Assembly (NCBI GenBank): GCA_965203315.1
Contig: OZ241857.1
Coordinates: forward strand, 448,001-512,000
Source of the DNA: Nitrosopumilus sp.
GTDB lineage: Archaea > Thermoproteota > Nitrososphaeria > Nitrososphaerales > Nitrosopumilaceae
Reading direction: 5' to 3'
Length of the DNA: 64,000 bases
Below are positions 11,359 through 22,690 of the stretch, one piece after another. The notes under the pieces are model-generated. The model saw nothing but the letters and a program-made list of their open reading frames with translations. It had not been told where the DNA came from and searched no databases. Both the position numbers and the translations under genes were made by a program. Positions within the stretch are counted from its first letter, which is position 1; each line of letters begins with the position of its first letter.

Positions 11359-11905
11359 TGCTACTATTATGAATATAATGCTTTTATCTATTCCGTTTGC
11401 TGCGCAAGCTCGAATCTGTTTACCACTCTAGTTTGACGCAATATCGTCTCTAGTTCTTACATCTTTTTTACACGTTTTGAATCAACGCTAGATCGCTTCT
11501 CAGATTTATTCGCTAGTAACCATGATCAAAAACTGGTAGAATTCGTGGATGGATATGTGGAAGTTGTAATTCATGTATTGGTAAATTCAATAAAGATACA
11601 CAAATTTTAGAGAGAGCGATCAAATGGCTGAAAGGAGATCTAAATCGGTAATTGTACGAATAGCGTCTCTGTTATTGGCTACAAGACAGTAAAATATCGT
11701 GTTGACACAGCACATATACGAAAATCAAGATTCAAACAATATCTCATTTTGTTCACGACATGTCTTGTGAATATTCTACGCAATGTGACTAGTCATGAAA
11801 AGGGTAAAATCAACTTGCCTGATGAGCAGGTTGAACAACTTGCCCATAAGTGGACCATAGTTGCGTAATAATTAAAAGATATTATGGATCTCCAGTTGTA
11901 AGAAC

Positions 11906-12532
11906 ATGACTGACGTAAAAATAACCTCAACAATAATACTTGCAATCACTGTCACATTTGCATTGCCTATCGCCTTTGGACACGACAGTAACTCAAACAT
12001 CATGACGTTTCACCCATATGGTGTAAACGAGTCAGAGACAATTTGGTACGATATTACTAGTCTCAACGATGTAAATTTGGATAACGAGTCCAATGGTGCT
12101 GGAATTCGACTAAGTGCCTAAGTATCACGAAATATGATTCACAGTACCGATTTTGATCTAGTCGAAACTAGTACATACTCATGGCCACATGCCAGTAAAG
12201 TTGACGCAGCAAATTTAGGTTCTACCAACACATATGGTGTGACCACAACCCATAAAGGTACTTCTGGCGGTAACCCATATTTCTACAAAGTAATTTGGCT
12301 AAATACCCACGAACATCTGAACTACAACACACGTGGTAGTTGCAATATATTTGCTAGTGATGTTCCGGTACAATATATCCTCAATCATGAGTTTGGACAT
12401 CTTGCAGGTTTGAATCACCATCACCATTTTACATGGACTTCTGATCATACCGCAATGAAGCCTGGCTGTGATTCAGGAATGGCGCAACTGAGAGCCGAAG
12501 ACATCAATGACATCAATGACTACTATTCATAG
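11906..12532 (+). pseudogene. Secreted matrixin-like zinc metalloprotease with an in-frame TAA
   Basis: Signal peptide in 11906-12121; same frame resumes at 12134; HEFGHLAGLNH plus Met-turn (TAMKP). Confidence 0.7.
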
Positions 12533-13092
12533 GAGAAGAAATGAACAAAAAACTATTGGCGACTAGTGTTTTGATCATCGCGACTATTTCGGTAATTTCT
12601 ATTGCTGCATTGATGACGCCTAGTGAGTACGTGTATGTCCAATCAGACATTACCAAAGCAAATCCAAATCTCAAGGTATTACCTACCGAAGTCTCTATGA
12701 GAACACATAACATTTCAGAAACAAAAGATACTGTAGTCTTGACGCTCTCTGGAACTGTAATGTCGGTAGGCGATCCTATAGTTTGGAAGTATAAAAGCGT
12801 TACACAAGGTTCTGTACCGGTAACTATAGATGTCAGTAAGAAAACAAAGGACAAAGATACTGAACTTGTACATAATGGTGACTCGTTCACATTCTATCTA
12901 ACAGGTACTTATGAACACGAAGAACATTTCATATTTGGCTTTGAACCTCAATTCGAGTTGGGTGAAAACGTAATAGTACACATAGGAAAGTCTGTTCACG
13001 GCCCTAACGGAGAGAATGGCAATAATTACTTTGTAGAACTAGGCAAGTATGGCAAGTACAAAATTGTTGGAGATAAAGCATACAATGAAAAA

Positions 13093-14593
13093 GATTCTGT
13101 AAACTTGGCGGGTGGTGGTTTTATCATAAACACTCTTCAAATGTTTCACATTGCACATAAAAAACACATCAAATGCATTACAATTGCTGCCACAAAATAA
13201 TATTGTTCTGTCTATCAAGATACATTGTTTTTAAATAATGATGTGTCATGTTACTAAAAATTATAAAAGTATGTATCATAATTTTGAAATAATATAACAA
13301 AATGTAAAGATCTATATACTAGTAATTTTTTAACAATTGTATGGTTAGAAAAATAACTTGTGAAGTAAACTCTAGTAAAGAGGAATATGAGATAATTAAG
13401 ATAAACGAAAATGAATACACCGTTAAAGACAAACAACAAGGAACACCATATCATGTACATGTTGAAGGAAATACTTTTTCTTGCTCTTGTGATGACAAGA
13501 CGGTAATAAACATATGCAAACACAGTATGCTAGTTTACTCTGTAATCAAAAAATTTACCATAAACCACATAATTGAACCTCAGTCTGTTAACTGCTGTCC
13601 AAAGTGCAAATGTAAAAAATACATCAAAAACGGCAAGCGTAAAAAGAAATTGGGACCAGCTCAACGCTACCTTTGCAAGTCATGTGGTCATAGATTCACG
13701 GATAATTTGGGGTTCGAGGGCATGAGAATGACGCCAGAGATTATAACGGATGCAATCCAATCGTTCTTTACACACAAAAGTCTTCGGAACATTGCAGAAG
13801 GATTTGAACAAAAAGGCATTTCAATATCACATACTGCTATATGGAAATGGGTTCAAAAATATATTCCAATAACAGTAAAGTACCTGTCAAAATTTGTGCC
13901 AAATTTGAGTGAGAAATGGCACGGCGATGAAACATACATAAAAGTTCTTGGCAAGGGTCACTATCTATTTACAGTAATGGATCATGATACAAGATTTTGT
14001 ATTGCACATCAAATGAAACAACAAAAATACGGTAATGCACCAACAAGACTATTTAGAAAAGCTAAACAAGCTGCAAAGACAGTACCAAAAATATTTGTAT
14101 CTGATTCATCACGTTCATTTGCTAAAGCATTTAGAAAAGAATTCCTTGAGAAAAATCCTACAAACAAACGTGTCAAACACATAAAAGAAACTCATCTGCG
14201 CAATCAACGATCAAACAACAACATTGAAGAGCGTTTTAATGGATGGCTCCAAGACAATTTTAAAGTATACAGAGGTATGAAAAAATCTGACAGTACAATT
14301 ATTTCTGGACTGATCATAACTCGAAATTTTATTACACGGCATATGGGTTTAGACGGTGAAATACCTTGTACTATGGCAGGAATTGTAATACTTGGAGACA
14401 ATAGGTGGAAAACATTAATTCAAAATTCAAGTCTAAAAAAGTGAATTTTAAACTCTAATTGATAAATAACATCTTGTTTGATAAATATCCAGCATATTGT
14501 TAATTTTATGGTTGAATTTAGATGAGAATAATTTGAGAGATTTAGAAAATTTTGTTTGGTAAAACCACCACCACCCGCCAAGTTTACAGAATC
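13093..14593 (+). mobile_element. IS6-family insertion sequence
   Basis: TIRs gattctgtaaacttggcgggtggtgg / ccaccacccgccaagtttacagaatc; 8-bp TSD atgaaaaa. Confidence 0.9.
13341..14444 (+). CDS. IS6-family transposase with N-terminal SWIM-like and Zn-ribbon domains
   Basis: CSC..CKH, CPKC..CKSC, WHGDETY, VSD, NNNIEERFN. Confidence 0.85.
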   Translation: MVRKITCEVNSSKEEYEIIKINENEYTVKDKQQGTPYHVHVEGNTFSCSCDDKTVINICKHSMLVYSVIKKFTINHIIEPQSVNCCPKCKCKKYIKNGKRKKKLGPAQRYLCKSCGHRFTDNLGFEGMRMTPEIITDAIQSFFTHKSLRNIAEGFEQKGISISHTAIWKWVQKYIPITVKYLSKFVPNLSEKWHGDETYIKVLGKGHYLFTVMDHDTRFCIAHQMKQQKYGNAPTRLFRKAKQAAKTVPKIFVSDSSRSFAKAFRKEFLEKNPTNKRVKHIKETHLRNQRSNNNIEERFNGWLQDNFKVYRGMKKSDSTIISGLIITRNFITRHMGLDGEIPCTMAGIVILGDNRWKTLIQNSSLKK

Positions 14594-14918
14594 ATGAAAA
14601 ATATGATCAAGGTAGATCTCTTGATCCCATATTTAAAGAAGCCATAGAGAAAGAGTCCAAAGATCTCAAATAACTCTTCTTTTTTATTTCCAAGACTACA
14701 AAGATACTGATGTGATATCAGGATGCACATATCTTTCAAATGACACGCTAAGATATTTTTAGCATTACTCTTATCGACCGTAGCATATTGTTACATTTTG
14801 TATTATAGTTTTATCCTAGAATGGATCACAGATATAACAAAGATTCCCAAGTCCAAGAGATTAGAGATCGACACACGATATCGAAAAATATTTGTATTGA
14901 TCTAATCATCAAATAGAT

Positions 14919-15746
14919 ATGACATCCACATCACAGTTTTTGGTACAAAATCAGAGATCACTCAAACTGATCCCATATATTGGCTGCAAGGCAGGATTTG
15001 CCCACATCTTTGACTTGCTGATCCCCGACAACTATGGCAAAAAGATATACGACATATTTGGTGGTGGTGGAGGATTTACATTTTATGCGTGTAATCGATT
15101 TGGCTCTAAAAACGTCATATACAACGATCATAATCCCGTAATTACAAATCTTATGAGCCATCTACAATCAAACCCCATAGAACTATACAAAGAGTATCAA
15201 CGACACTATCGAAAATCTAGTAACGACTATTATCTAAAGATTAGATCCATGGATATTACACAAGGAGTACAGGCTGCAGGTAGATTCTTTTATCTAGCAA
15301 AAAATGCATTCTCTGGCAAGATTCGATTCAATGCCAAAAATCAATTCAACACGCCGATGAGAAAGAACGCCAAGTGCCCCCAAGTTGAACAAGAGACACT
15401 TGAAGACCTTGCTCACACAATACGAGATCTAACAATAGTGAATAAGGACTATGCTGACTTTGACAGTATACGTGACTCTTTTCTATACTTGGATCCGCCA
15501 TACATGAACAACTCTAACGGTCACTATAACGCAACCGTACCTCTAGGCGACTTTATCTCTTTCGTCAAATATGTAGAGACTAATAATATGATCATGATCT
15601 CAGAGCAGAACAATCGTAAAACTCTGAAATTATCTAGCATGTACAAGATATTCCCAATAACCTTGAAACGATCACTGCAATACATAACACAGAGTAACAG
15701 TAACGAGATAATTGCGATAAACTATAAAGTTCCAGCCGATACATGA
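14919..15746 (+). CDS. Dam-like (D12 class) DNA adenine methyltransferase
   Basis: PYIGCK, DIFGGGG, YND, YLDPPY. Confidence 0.85.
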   Translation: MTSTSQFLVQNQRSLKLIPYIGCKAGFAHIFDLLIPDNYGKKIYDIFGGGGGFTFYACNRFGSKNVIYNDHNPVITNLMSHLQSNPIELYKEYQRHYRKSSNDYYLKIRSMDITQGVQAAGRFFYLAKNAFSGKIRFNAKNQFNTPMRKNAKCPQVEQETLEDLAHTIRDLTIVNKDYADFDSIRDSFLYLDPPYMNNSNGHYNATVPLGDFISFVKYVETNNMIMISEQNNRKTLKLSSMYKIFPITLKRSLQYITQSNSNEIIAINYKVPADT

Positions 15747-16483
15747 TGTCAGATATCGCAAAGAGTGGTTTTATTACAGAAGAACAAGTCGTAAGCGAGT
15801 TCAACAACTGGAAAGAGAGTACAATAACACCACAGTGGTTCAAGCAGATCAAGATATCAGATATCAAACATGTTGCAGCACACACTACAAGATCACTTGG
15901 CAAGAACACCAAAGCTGATGTGCTAGTAACAATCAATGGAACTCAGATAGGCATATCTGTGAAAAAGTTCAAAGCTAGTTTTAACCAACTCGACAAGAGA
16001 CGTATAGATTCCTATGAAGAGATGTGGAATATTCCAGATAATGTGTCGACTATATTACGAAAATACTGTGGTGAAGAAGGATTTAGACCAATAGATCATA
16101 AACGAACCAATGTCAGAGATACAAGACGATATTTTTTGAACGAATTAGATCAAAGTGAACAAAGAGATCTGTTGGAGTTTTTTACTAGATGCCAAAGGCA
16201 GATAGTAAATGACATCTTGCAAGGATACCAAGAACCAAAGGCAGACTATATGCTAGTTGTACAAAAGAATGGTGATGGACTAGAGCGATCAAAGATTGTG
16301 GATATCAATACAGTAATCGAATATGTGTTGGGACCAGTACACATCACAAAGAAAGGATCACTAAAGATGGGCAAGATAACTGTTCAACGAAAGGGAGGCG
16401 ATGCAGGCAAGAGTTCCGCACAAATGCTACAATTCAAGTTCTCACCACAAGATGTTCTGGATTTAAACTATGATCTTGTCTAG
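15743..16483 (+). CDS. Type II restriction endonuclease, HinP1I-like
   Basis: AKSGF..E, KADV..ISVK, FNQLDKR, QRKGGD..QFKF; overlaps the MTase stop. Confidence 0.7.
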   Translation: MMSDIAKSGFITEEQVVSEFNNWKESTITPQWFKQIKISDIKHVAAHTTRSLGKNTKADVLVTINGTQIGISVKKFKASFNQLDKRRIDSYEEMWNIPDNVSTILRKYCGEEGFRPIDHKRTNVRDTRRYFLNELDQSEQRDLLEFFTRCQRQIVNDILQGYQEPKADYMLVVQKNGDGLERSKIVDINTVIEYVLGPVHITKKGSLKMGKITVQRKGGDAGKSSAQMLQFKFSPQDVLDLNYDLV

Positions 16484-16639
16484 TTTGATATATGATCTCA
16501 CTCATCAGTTTGTATCAGTTGCGAACGCCCATGAATCCGTCATCAAACTCAGAATAACAGCCGGTGAATTGTAGAGATATAACAAACGAACCATAGCTAC
16601 ACAATAGTTAAAAGCAAATATACGCCAATAGTAACAATA

Positions 16640-17815
16640 ATGACAAACAAGACAAACACTCTCAAAATACTGTCAATGATAGTAGCAGTTACGCTAGTAG
16701 CAACTACGCCTGTGATGACAAATGCTCAGATTACACCTGGTGAAGATGGTCCGATAACCACGCCAGCCAGAACAGGCAGTACCACGTTATCGGATGATGA
16801 GATCTCTAAAAAAGTTGACGAGATTGGATTTGCCATGTTGCAACTGAAAATTCAAAATCAACATCTAGCCCAATTTTCCACCAACGAACTCATACAAGAT
16901 ATGATCAACGATAACGAGGAAGAGATAGAAAAGTTATTTGCACAGATGATGGAGATATGGCCACCATTAGTTGTTGTTGAGATTCCCGCAGATGTCGAGG
17001 CTAGAATGAACACAGTCTTGCCAAAACTAGCAGAAAGTGGTTTGCCGGTGTTAGGAATGGGAATTGATCATCTTACAGGAACGTTGAGTGTAAAGGTCGA
17101 CGTAGAAAGAACGACACCAGACACTGAACAGAAAATAAGAGAGATTGCAGGAGATGTTCCGTTGAGCATTACTTTTGTCGCAGACGATGCAGTATTTCAG
17201 AGCGCATCATGTGATCGAACCACCGGGTACTGTGATCCTCTAGTGGGTGGCTCATTAGGGGAAGACAGGCATTGGGGTCTAGAGTGTACTATATCTATTG
17301 CAGCAGTTAGAAATACAGGTAATGGAACAGAAAATGGAATAGTAATCCCAGATCATTGTAACAAAGAAACAACACAGTATTATCAACCTGATAACGCTAG
17401 ATCATCATATCTAGTGGGTAGTGAAACTAAAGATGGGGGTTGGTTCTGTGACTGTGATTTTGTGAAATCAAATTCACGTGCAATTGATGCGACTAAACTG
17501 ATTGTCAACGGATCAGATTTTACCTTGTCCGGCAAGTCTGATCTTAGAGTAGGCGATTATGTATTCATGTATGGCGCAAAATCAGGCTACGATGTGGGAC
17601 GAATAGTATCCATAAATCAATGGCAGACTTTTGATAACAGATGGTTCTGGGATCTGTACGCAATAGAAGACATAAACTTTACAGATGGTGACAGCGGTGC
17701 TCCAATCGTAGGTACCTCAAACGATCACTATGCTGGAATGAATATTGGTACATTCGATGGACATAATTATGGTCATGATTGGTCTATTCTAAAGTCTAGA
17801 CTAGGTTTACAATAA
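16640..17815 (+). CDS. Secreted trypsin/chymotrypsin-like serine protease with pro-domain
   Basis: Signal peptide; PDHC (catalytic His), CDCD, GDSGAP. Confidence 0.75.
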   Translation: MTNKTNTLKILSMIVAVTLVATTPVMTNAQITPGEDGPITTPARTGSTTLSDDEISKKVDEIGFAMLQLKIQNQHLAQFSTNELIQDMINDNEEEIEKLFAQMMEIWPPLVVVEIPADVEARMNTVLPKLAESGLPVLGMGIDHLTGTLSVKVDVERTTPDTEQKIREIAGDVPLSITFVADDAVFQSASCDRTTGYCDPLVGGSLGEDRHWGLECTISIAAVRNTGNGTENGIVIPDHCNKETTQYYQPDNARSSYLVGSETKDGGWFCDCDFVKSNSRAIDATKLIVNGSDFTLSGKSDLRVGDYVFMYGAKSGYDVGRIVSINQWQTFDNRWFWDLYAIEDINFTDGDSGAPIVGTSNDHYAGMNIGTFDGHNYGHDWSILKSRLGLQ

Positions 17816-17841
17816 CAAAAAACATCTTTTTATTTTTTTTT
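17816..17841 (+). terminator. Oligo-T archaeal-type terminator
   Basis: ctttttattttttttt immediately after the protease stop. Confidence 0.5.
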
Positions 17842-18138
17842 AACAAATTCCTCAAACATATCATATAGTCTTACATACAGTCAAAAATTAAGTATTTAGA
17901 TGCAATGTCCAGGCATGATAAACTCAATATCTAGATGTTCTGAAACTATATTGTCTATCCTTTGCACAAATACAAGTTCGGCTTTTGTCTCTAGAAACCT
18001 TGTCTCTAATTGTATTTATGGTGGTCACACACTTGATGTAGAACACTTTTGAACCTTGTAAGCCACAGTCTGAGCAGTGTGTTAAGGGAATCAATTTATT
18101 ATTTTCTCCTTTAAATGTAAAATTATCTGTATTAAGCA

Positions 18139-18441
18139 ATGTTAGGCAAAAGCAAAGAAGCAGACATCAATGAGATACTTCGTGGACCTGTAATGGTAGC
18201 CGCAATGGCCATCCTCGTAATCGGGGCAACGTTTGCACTAGCCGAGAACTATATCCCTAAAGAGAGTGACAAACCCGACAAGACTGCCATCTTTGGCACA
18301 TTTATGATCGATGCGATAGATGAAGTTGTATTCTATATCAAGTGGGGCGGATATCTAGCTATAATTGCAGGAGGTATCATGGTAGGAGTTCAGCTACGCA
18401 TACATCCCAGCTTCAAAGATACACATGGTTCTGGTGAATAG
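18139..18441 (+). CDS. Small 2-TM membrane protein
   Basis: Two hydrophobic segments; TTTAAA about 25 nt upstream; first gene of a tightly coupled operon. Confidence 0.6.
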   Translation: MLGKSKEADINEILRGPVMVAAMAILVIGATFALAENYIPKESDKPDKTAIFGTFMIDAIDEVVFYIKWGGYLAIIAGGIMVGVQLRIHPSFKDTHGSGE

Positions 18442-18838
18442 TACCATGTTGTATCATTTTTTACTAATCACGTCTTATACGATATATGCTATATTCTCTG
18501 TACTGATAGGTATAATCGCAAATGTATTTTTGAACGACTATGGCATATGGATTGCAATATTTGTGTACATTGGATGTTTCTTTGTAGATTATATCACGAC
18601 CATTAGAGTGAAAAATTATACCAAACATGAGATAAATCCATTATTTCAGGTACTGAATCACAAACTTGATTCCACTACATCGTTTATGGTGATACTAGGA
18701 ATTGGTGTAACTGTCAATCTAGTTGCATTCTATACCATACAAGATACTGTTCTATCGTATATCTTGAGCATTGGACACTTGTGTATGGCTGCCAATAATC
18801 ACCACTACTCTAAAAAGATAAACATGGAGGTAATCTAG
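18425..18838 (+). CDS. Multi-pass membrane protein
   Basis: Hydrophobic throughout; DYITT..EINP motif. Confidence 0.6.
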   Translation: MVLVNSTMLYHFLLITSYTIYAIFSVLIGIIANVFLNDYGIWIAIFVYIGCFFVDYITTIRVKNYTKHEINPLFQVLNHKLDSTTSFMVILGIGVTVNLVAFYTIQDTVLSYILSIGHLCMAANNHHYSKKINMEVI

Positions 18839-19338
18839 TGATTACTGTACAGATAGACAATGTCGTTACAACTGCTCAAGTTACTAGATTCAACACAAAT
18901 AGTATCGTATATTGGCCAAAAGTAGAGTTTCGACCAAATGGTTATCCTGGAATCTGTATACATGAAAGACATGTAACTCTATCAGTATTTGACTCTGGCA
19001 AGATCGTATCCAAAGGTAGCAAAGGCACGAAAGATGCTATTCAATCTATACTAGACTTTATTCAAAGACTAAAAAAGTCTGGAATCAAGGTCTCTCTAAA
19101 GTCAAAACCTACCATCAGTATGATCGTAGCACATGTTAGATTTGAGCCAAAGAGACTAGACATTCAAAGACTCAAAGAGTTGCCAGAGTTTCATAAAGAG
19201 ATCAAGAGATTTGCCAGCATACAACTAAAGTTCAAAGAGGGTAATGTTCAGGCATACGAGTCCAAGATTGTAATAAGCAGTACAAGCATTGATGATATCA
19301 CTCGCATAGCAAAAAAGATGAGGCGATACACATGCTAA
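18838..19338 (+). CDS. Divergent TATA-binding-protein-like protein
   Basis: QIDNVVTT..EFRPNGYPGI..LSVFDSGKIVSKGSK matches the first TBP repeat; second repeat degenerate. Confidence 0.7.
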   Translation: MITVQIDNVVTTAQVTRFNTNSIVYWPKVEFRPNGYPGICIHERHVTLSVFDSGKIVSKGSKGTKDAIQSILDFIQRLKKSGIKVSLKSKPTISMIVAHVRFEPKRLDIQRLKELPEFHKEIKRFASIQLKFKEGNVQAYESKIVISSTSIDDITRIAKKMRRYTC

Positions 19339-19796
19339 CCACAGAGTATCTAAAGATCTTTTTACTGACAGGCGTAATAACAGCTAGTGCCATTGGTATC
19401 GCATTCTCGTCTGGACAGTTTGATACCATGGTACTAGATTATCGTGTACAAGTACATACAGAGTATCTACTAAACAACAATACCGACAATATCGGGCATA
19501 TCTGGTACGAGATATACAATACTGGAACTAGCGATATTGATATCATACGTACAAGCTGTGAAATTACATGTAACATAAATGATCCTGCACTGGTACATCC
19601 ACTCGGAGTACCATGTGATAACTGTACGCCACCACGATCTGGAGGGGAATCATTACTTTCAGGTCAATCGATCAAGATTAACGGCAGAATCGTTCTTGGT
19701 AGTCTAGAAAGAGGAGATCATATAACATTACAATTTGATGCAATAGATGCACTTGGTTCTAACAAACTAGTAATCAAACAGGTGCTAGTACGATGA
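19332..19796 (+). CDS. Membrane-anchored beta-rich surface protein
   Basis: N-terminal hydrophobic segment, IYNTG motif. Confidence 0.5.
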   Translation: MLTTEYLKIFLLTGVITASAIGIAFSSGQFDTMVLDYRVQVHTEYLLNNNTDNIGHIWYEIYNTGTSDIDIIRTSCEITCNINDPALVHPLGVPCDNCTPPRSGGESLLSGQSIKINGRIVLGSLERGDHITLQFDAIDALGSNKLVIKQVLVR

Positions 19797-19853
19797 CTAG
19801 CTGTATAGTTGCATTGAGTGGCATTGTTGAACAATATAATCAAGGTGTTTTAG

Positions 19854-20579
19854 TTGGCTGAAAAGACAGAGATAGAGTGGGCAGACTGTACATTGAATAC
19901 AGTTGGGGGCTGTACCAAGGTATCATCTGGTTGTGAAAACTGTTACACGTTTAGACTATCAAAGATATTTGGCAGAACTGCAGATGTTGTACAACCCAGA
20001 CAGATAAAGAACATTAAATCAGATATCAAGCGACTTGGTAGCACGAGACGAATAGTTTTCCTGAACTCTTTGACTGATACCTTTCACGAAGATTTTAGTG
20101 ATGATTTAATTACGAGTTGGTTTGACGCCATTTTATCTGCTCCTCATGTATACATTATTCTAACAAAGCGAGTAAATCGAATGTACAACTATTTCAAGAT
20201 TAGAGATGTTCCCGATAGATTTTGGCTAGGTACAAGTATTGAGAATCGAGCTGCATACCATCGACTAGAAAAACTAAAGAGGATATCAGCAAAGACAAAG
20301 TTTGCCTCATTAGAGCCATTGTTGGAATCTGTATCTGATATCAACTTACAAAGTATACAGTGGTGTATTGTGGGTGGCTAATCTGATCAGATATCTCCTA
20401 GACCATTTGACGAGCAGTGGGCACGAGAGATACGAGATATTTGCAAGTACAATAACATAAAGTTCTTTTACAAGCAGTCTGGAGGTCGTAAAAAGATCAA
20501 CGGTACATGGGGCACAAATGTACTTGACGGTCAGACACATCTAGAGATGCCAGAGACGCTAAAGACCAAGCCATATTGA
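19854..20579 (+). pseudogene. DUF5131 (phage Gp37/Gp68-like, three-Cys) protein with an in-frame TAA
   Basis: TEIEWAD, GCTKVSSGCENCY, SLEPLL; GGES has become GG*S; frame continues through FFYKQSGG to the stop at 20579. Confidence 0.8.
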
Positions 20580-20619
20580 CTTTGAATACACTTAAATATT
20601 TGGCACCAGATATAAGACT

Positions 20620-21875
20620 CAGTACTTCCAACTGTCTGCTTATTAACAAGCTGCAGCGGCAATCTTTGGTGGAGGCCATTTTTCTCGATAGAGTTCAATG
20701 TAATCTAGCACAAGATCTCTGAACGTAAGTTGAGGAATGTGCCACCAACCAACATTCAATGGATCATTTTCATCATCTATGTTACGTGCTATGATCCAAG
20801 CATTATAAAACAAAAGAGAAAAAGAAAACAACAAATCTCTTACTGATTCATTTTTAGTTGTAGTTGGTAATCTCATCTTATCGACTACCCTATATCCAGT
20901 TTCAATAACCCATCGCTTTGCGTATTTTTTTGTATCAATTCTTGGATTGTTTGTTGCGAATGGAATGTAGTCTATTTTACCATCCTTTTCAATTTCTTCT
21001 ATGATCATGTAATAGTCCATTGACAAGCCTTTGCCATTAGAGATCGTACGTTTTGATACTCGTTTACGTTTTCCTTGTTTGTACTCTTCTAGATATCGCC
21101 TTGTCTTGGCGTTATTTTGACAGATGGTGAGAAATGTGTAACCTCGACCTTGCAGCAGCTGCAAGATCTGTGTAGTAAGAAACTCACGATCCATCAACCA
21201 GTTACCAATGTCCAGACGCAGATCTTCACAATCTTTGATGATTTTACGCACAAAATTGGGGTTTTGGTCTCCTTTGTACATGGCATGTTTTGACACAACT
21301 AGTGTTTCGCCTTCGTTTATGACTTGTGCTGTCATGTACTTTTCATGTAATGCATATCTGTCGTCAACCGGACCATAGCATAGTTTAGTATCTGTTTTGT
21401 CATCATATCGTGCATATTTGTGCAGATCAATTGCTATATCTTTTGGCTCTTTAGACCAACGACCCATATCTTGTAATGCTGCGATGTTGCTTTTTACTGA
21501 CCTTTTAAATTTAAAGTTGTCAAAATCAGCTGCTGCCTTTTTGAATAATAGTCTAAAATATTCTGGAGATGGAGCACGCTTTTTCCTCATTTTCATTGAA
21601 GTTGAATGTCCAGTTATTGAACTTTTAGACATGGCTGTTTTAAACATAATGGATAAAACATCTTCTTTACCAAACTTTGCATTATTTTTTTTTAGACACA
21701 GGAATATCTAAATCATTTAAAAATGCAGTATATCGAGAATATTCTAAATGTCTTCTAAATCGCTGTCCATTTAATTCATTTTTGTTTTTCAACAAAAGTT
21801 ATTTTTAGAAACCCTTTATAGATCTTTCTATTTCTATATAATTTTCGTTATTTAAAGAGACATTTGGAAGTACTG
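20620..21875 (-). mobile_element. ISH3-like insertion sequence
   Basis: TIRs cagtacttccaa / ttggaagtactg; 5-bp TSD agact; inserted between a TATA box (20591) and the ParB-like start. Confidence 0.85.
20643..21647 (-). CDS. ISH3/IS4-like DDE transposase
   Basis: AIDLH, LMDREF, YAKRWVIETGYR, LFYNAW. Confidence 0.85.
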   Translation of the reverse strand: MFKTAMSKSSITGHSTSMKMRKKRAPSPEYFRLLFKKAAADFDNFKFKRSVKSNIAALQDMGRWSKEPKDIAIDLHKYARYDDKTDTKLCYGPVDDRYALHEKYMTAQVINEGETLVVSKHAMYKGDQNPNFVRKIIKDCEDLRLDIGNWLMDREFLTTQILQLLQGRGYTFLTICQNNAKTRRYLEEYKQGKRKRVSKRTISNGKGLSMDYYMIIEEIEKDGKIDYIPFATNNPRIDTKKYAKRWVIETGYRVVDKMRLPTTTKNESVRDLLFSFSLLFYNAWIIARNIDDENDPLNVGWWHIPQLTFRDLVLDYIELYREKWPPPKIAAAAC

Positions 21876-21880
21876 AGACT

Positions 21881-22690
21881 ATGGTTGAAAATATTCAAGC
21901 AATACCAGTTAACTGACTTGATATCTCAGAATATAACGTCAGAAAATCTAATGTACTTCAAGACATAGATGAACTAGCTAAAAACATTGCAGAAGTAGGA
22001 GTAAAAAACCCGCTTACAGTTAAAAAGACTGGAAAAAACAAATTCGAAATAGTAACAGGTCAAAGGAGATATATAGCTGCCCAAAAAGCAGGCTTGAAAA
22101 CAGTTCCATGCATAATTAGAGAGTATGATTCTGAAATAGACTCCATGATAGAATCATTTAGTGAAAACGTGTTTCGCTCGGATATGACGCTGAGTGATAA
22201 AGCAAAAACTGCTATTACTCTATTAAAAATGCTTGATAACGATAAAAACAAGGTTGCTAAAAATCTAGGAGTCCATATCTCAACACTTGAAAGATATCTA
22301 GAACATGAATCTCTTCCGAAGAAACTACAAAAACTAATTAGAGAAAAAAAGATGAACTTTTATACAGCAAAAACTATTTACAAGAAAACAAAACATGATG
22401 AGATACAAAGAAACAAAATTATTGAGTCGTATATTAAAAAAGAGAAAAAAGATAAAAACAATTTTTACGTTGCGTTAAAAGAGAGCAAAGCCAGCGACAA
22501 ACTTGAAGACATAGAAAAAAATTCCAAAGAAATTGCAAATTCACAAAAATATATCTTGCGCTCACCAACTGCTCAAAATAAATTTATACAAAAAATTGCA
22601 AAGGATAAAAACATATCTCCTGAAATGGTCTTACAAAATTTTATAGCTGTAGGTATTGAGGAATTTAAGCACGGGAGAATGAGAATTTAA
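21881..22690 (+). pseudogene. ParB/Srx-domain protein with an early in-frame TGA
   Basis: MVENIQAIPVN*LDISEYNVRK..GVKNPL..IVTGQRRYIAA in frame with ORF 22094 (SENVFRSD, HTH). Confidence 0.75.

Larger units (their letters stand above)
12541..14673 (+). pseudogene. Membrane-anchored hypothetical protein interrupted by IS6
   Basis: Frame AYNEK resumes after the IS as YDQGRSLDPIFKEAIEKESKDLK*. Confidence 0.6.
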
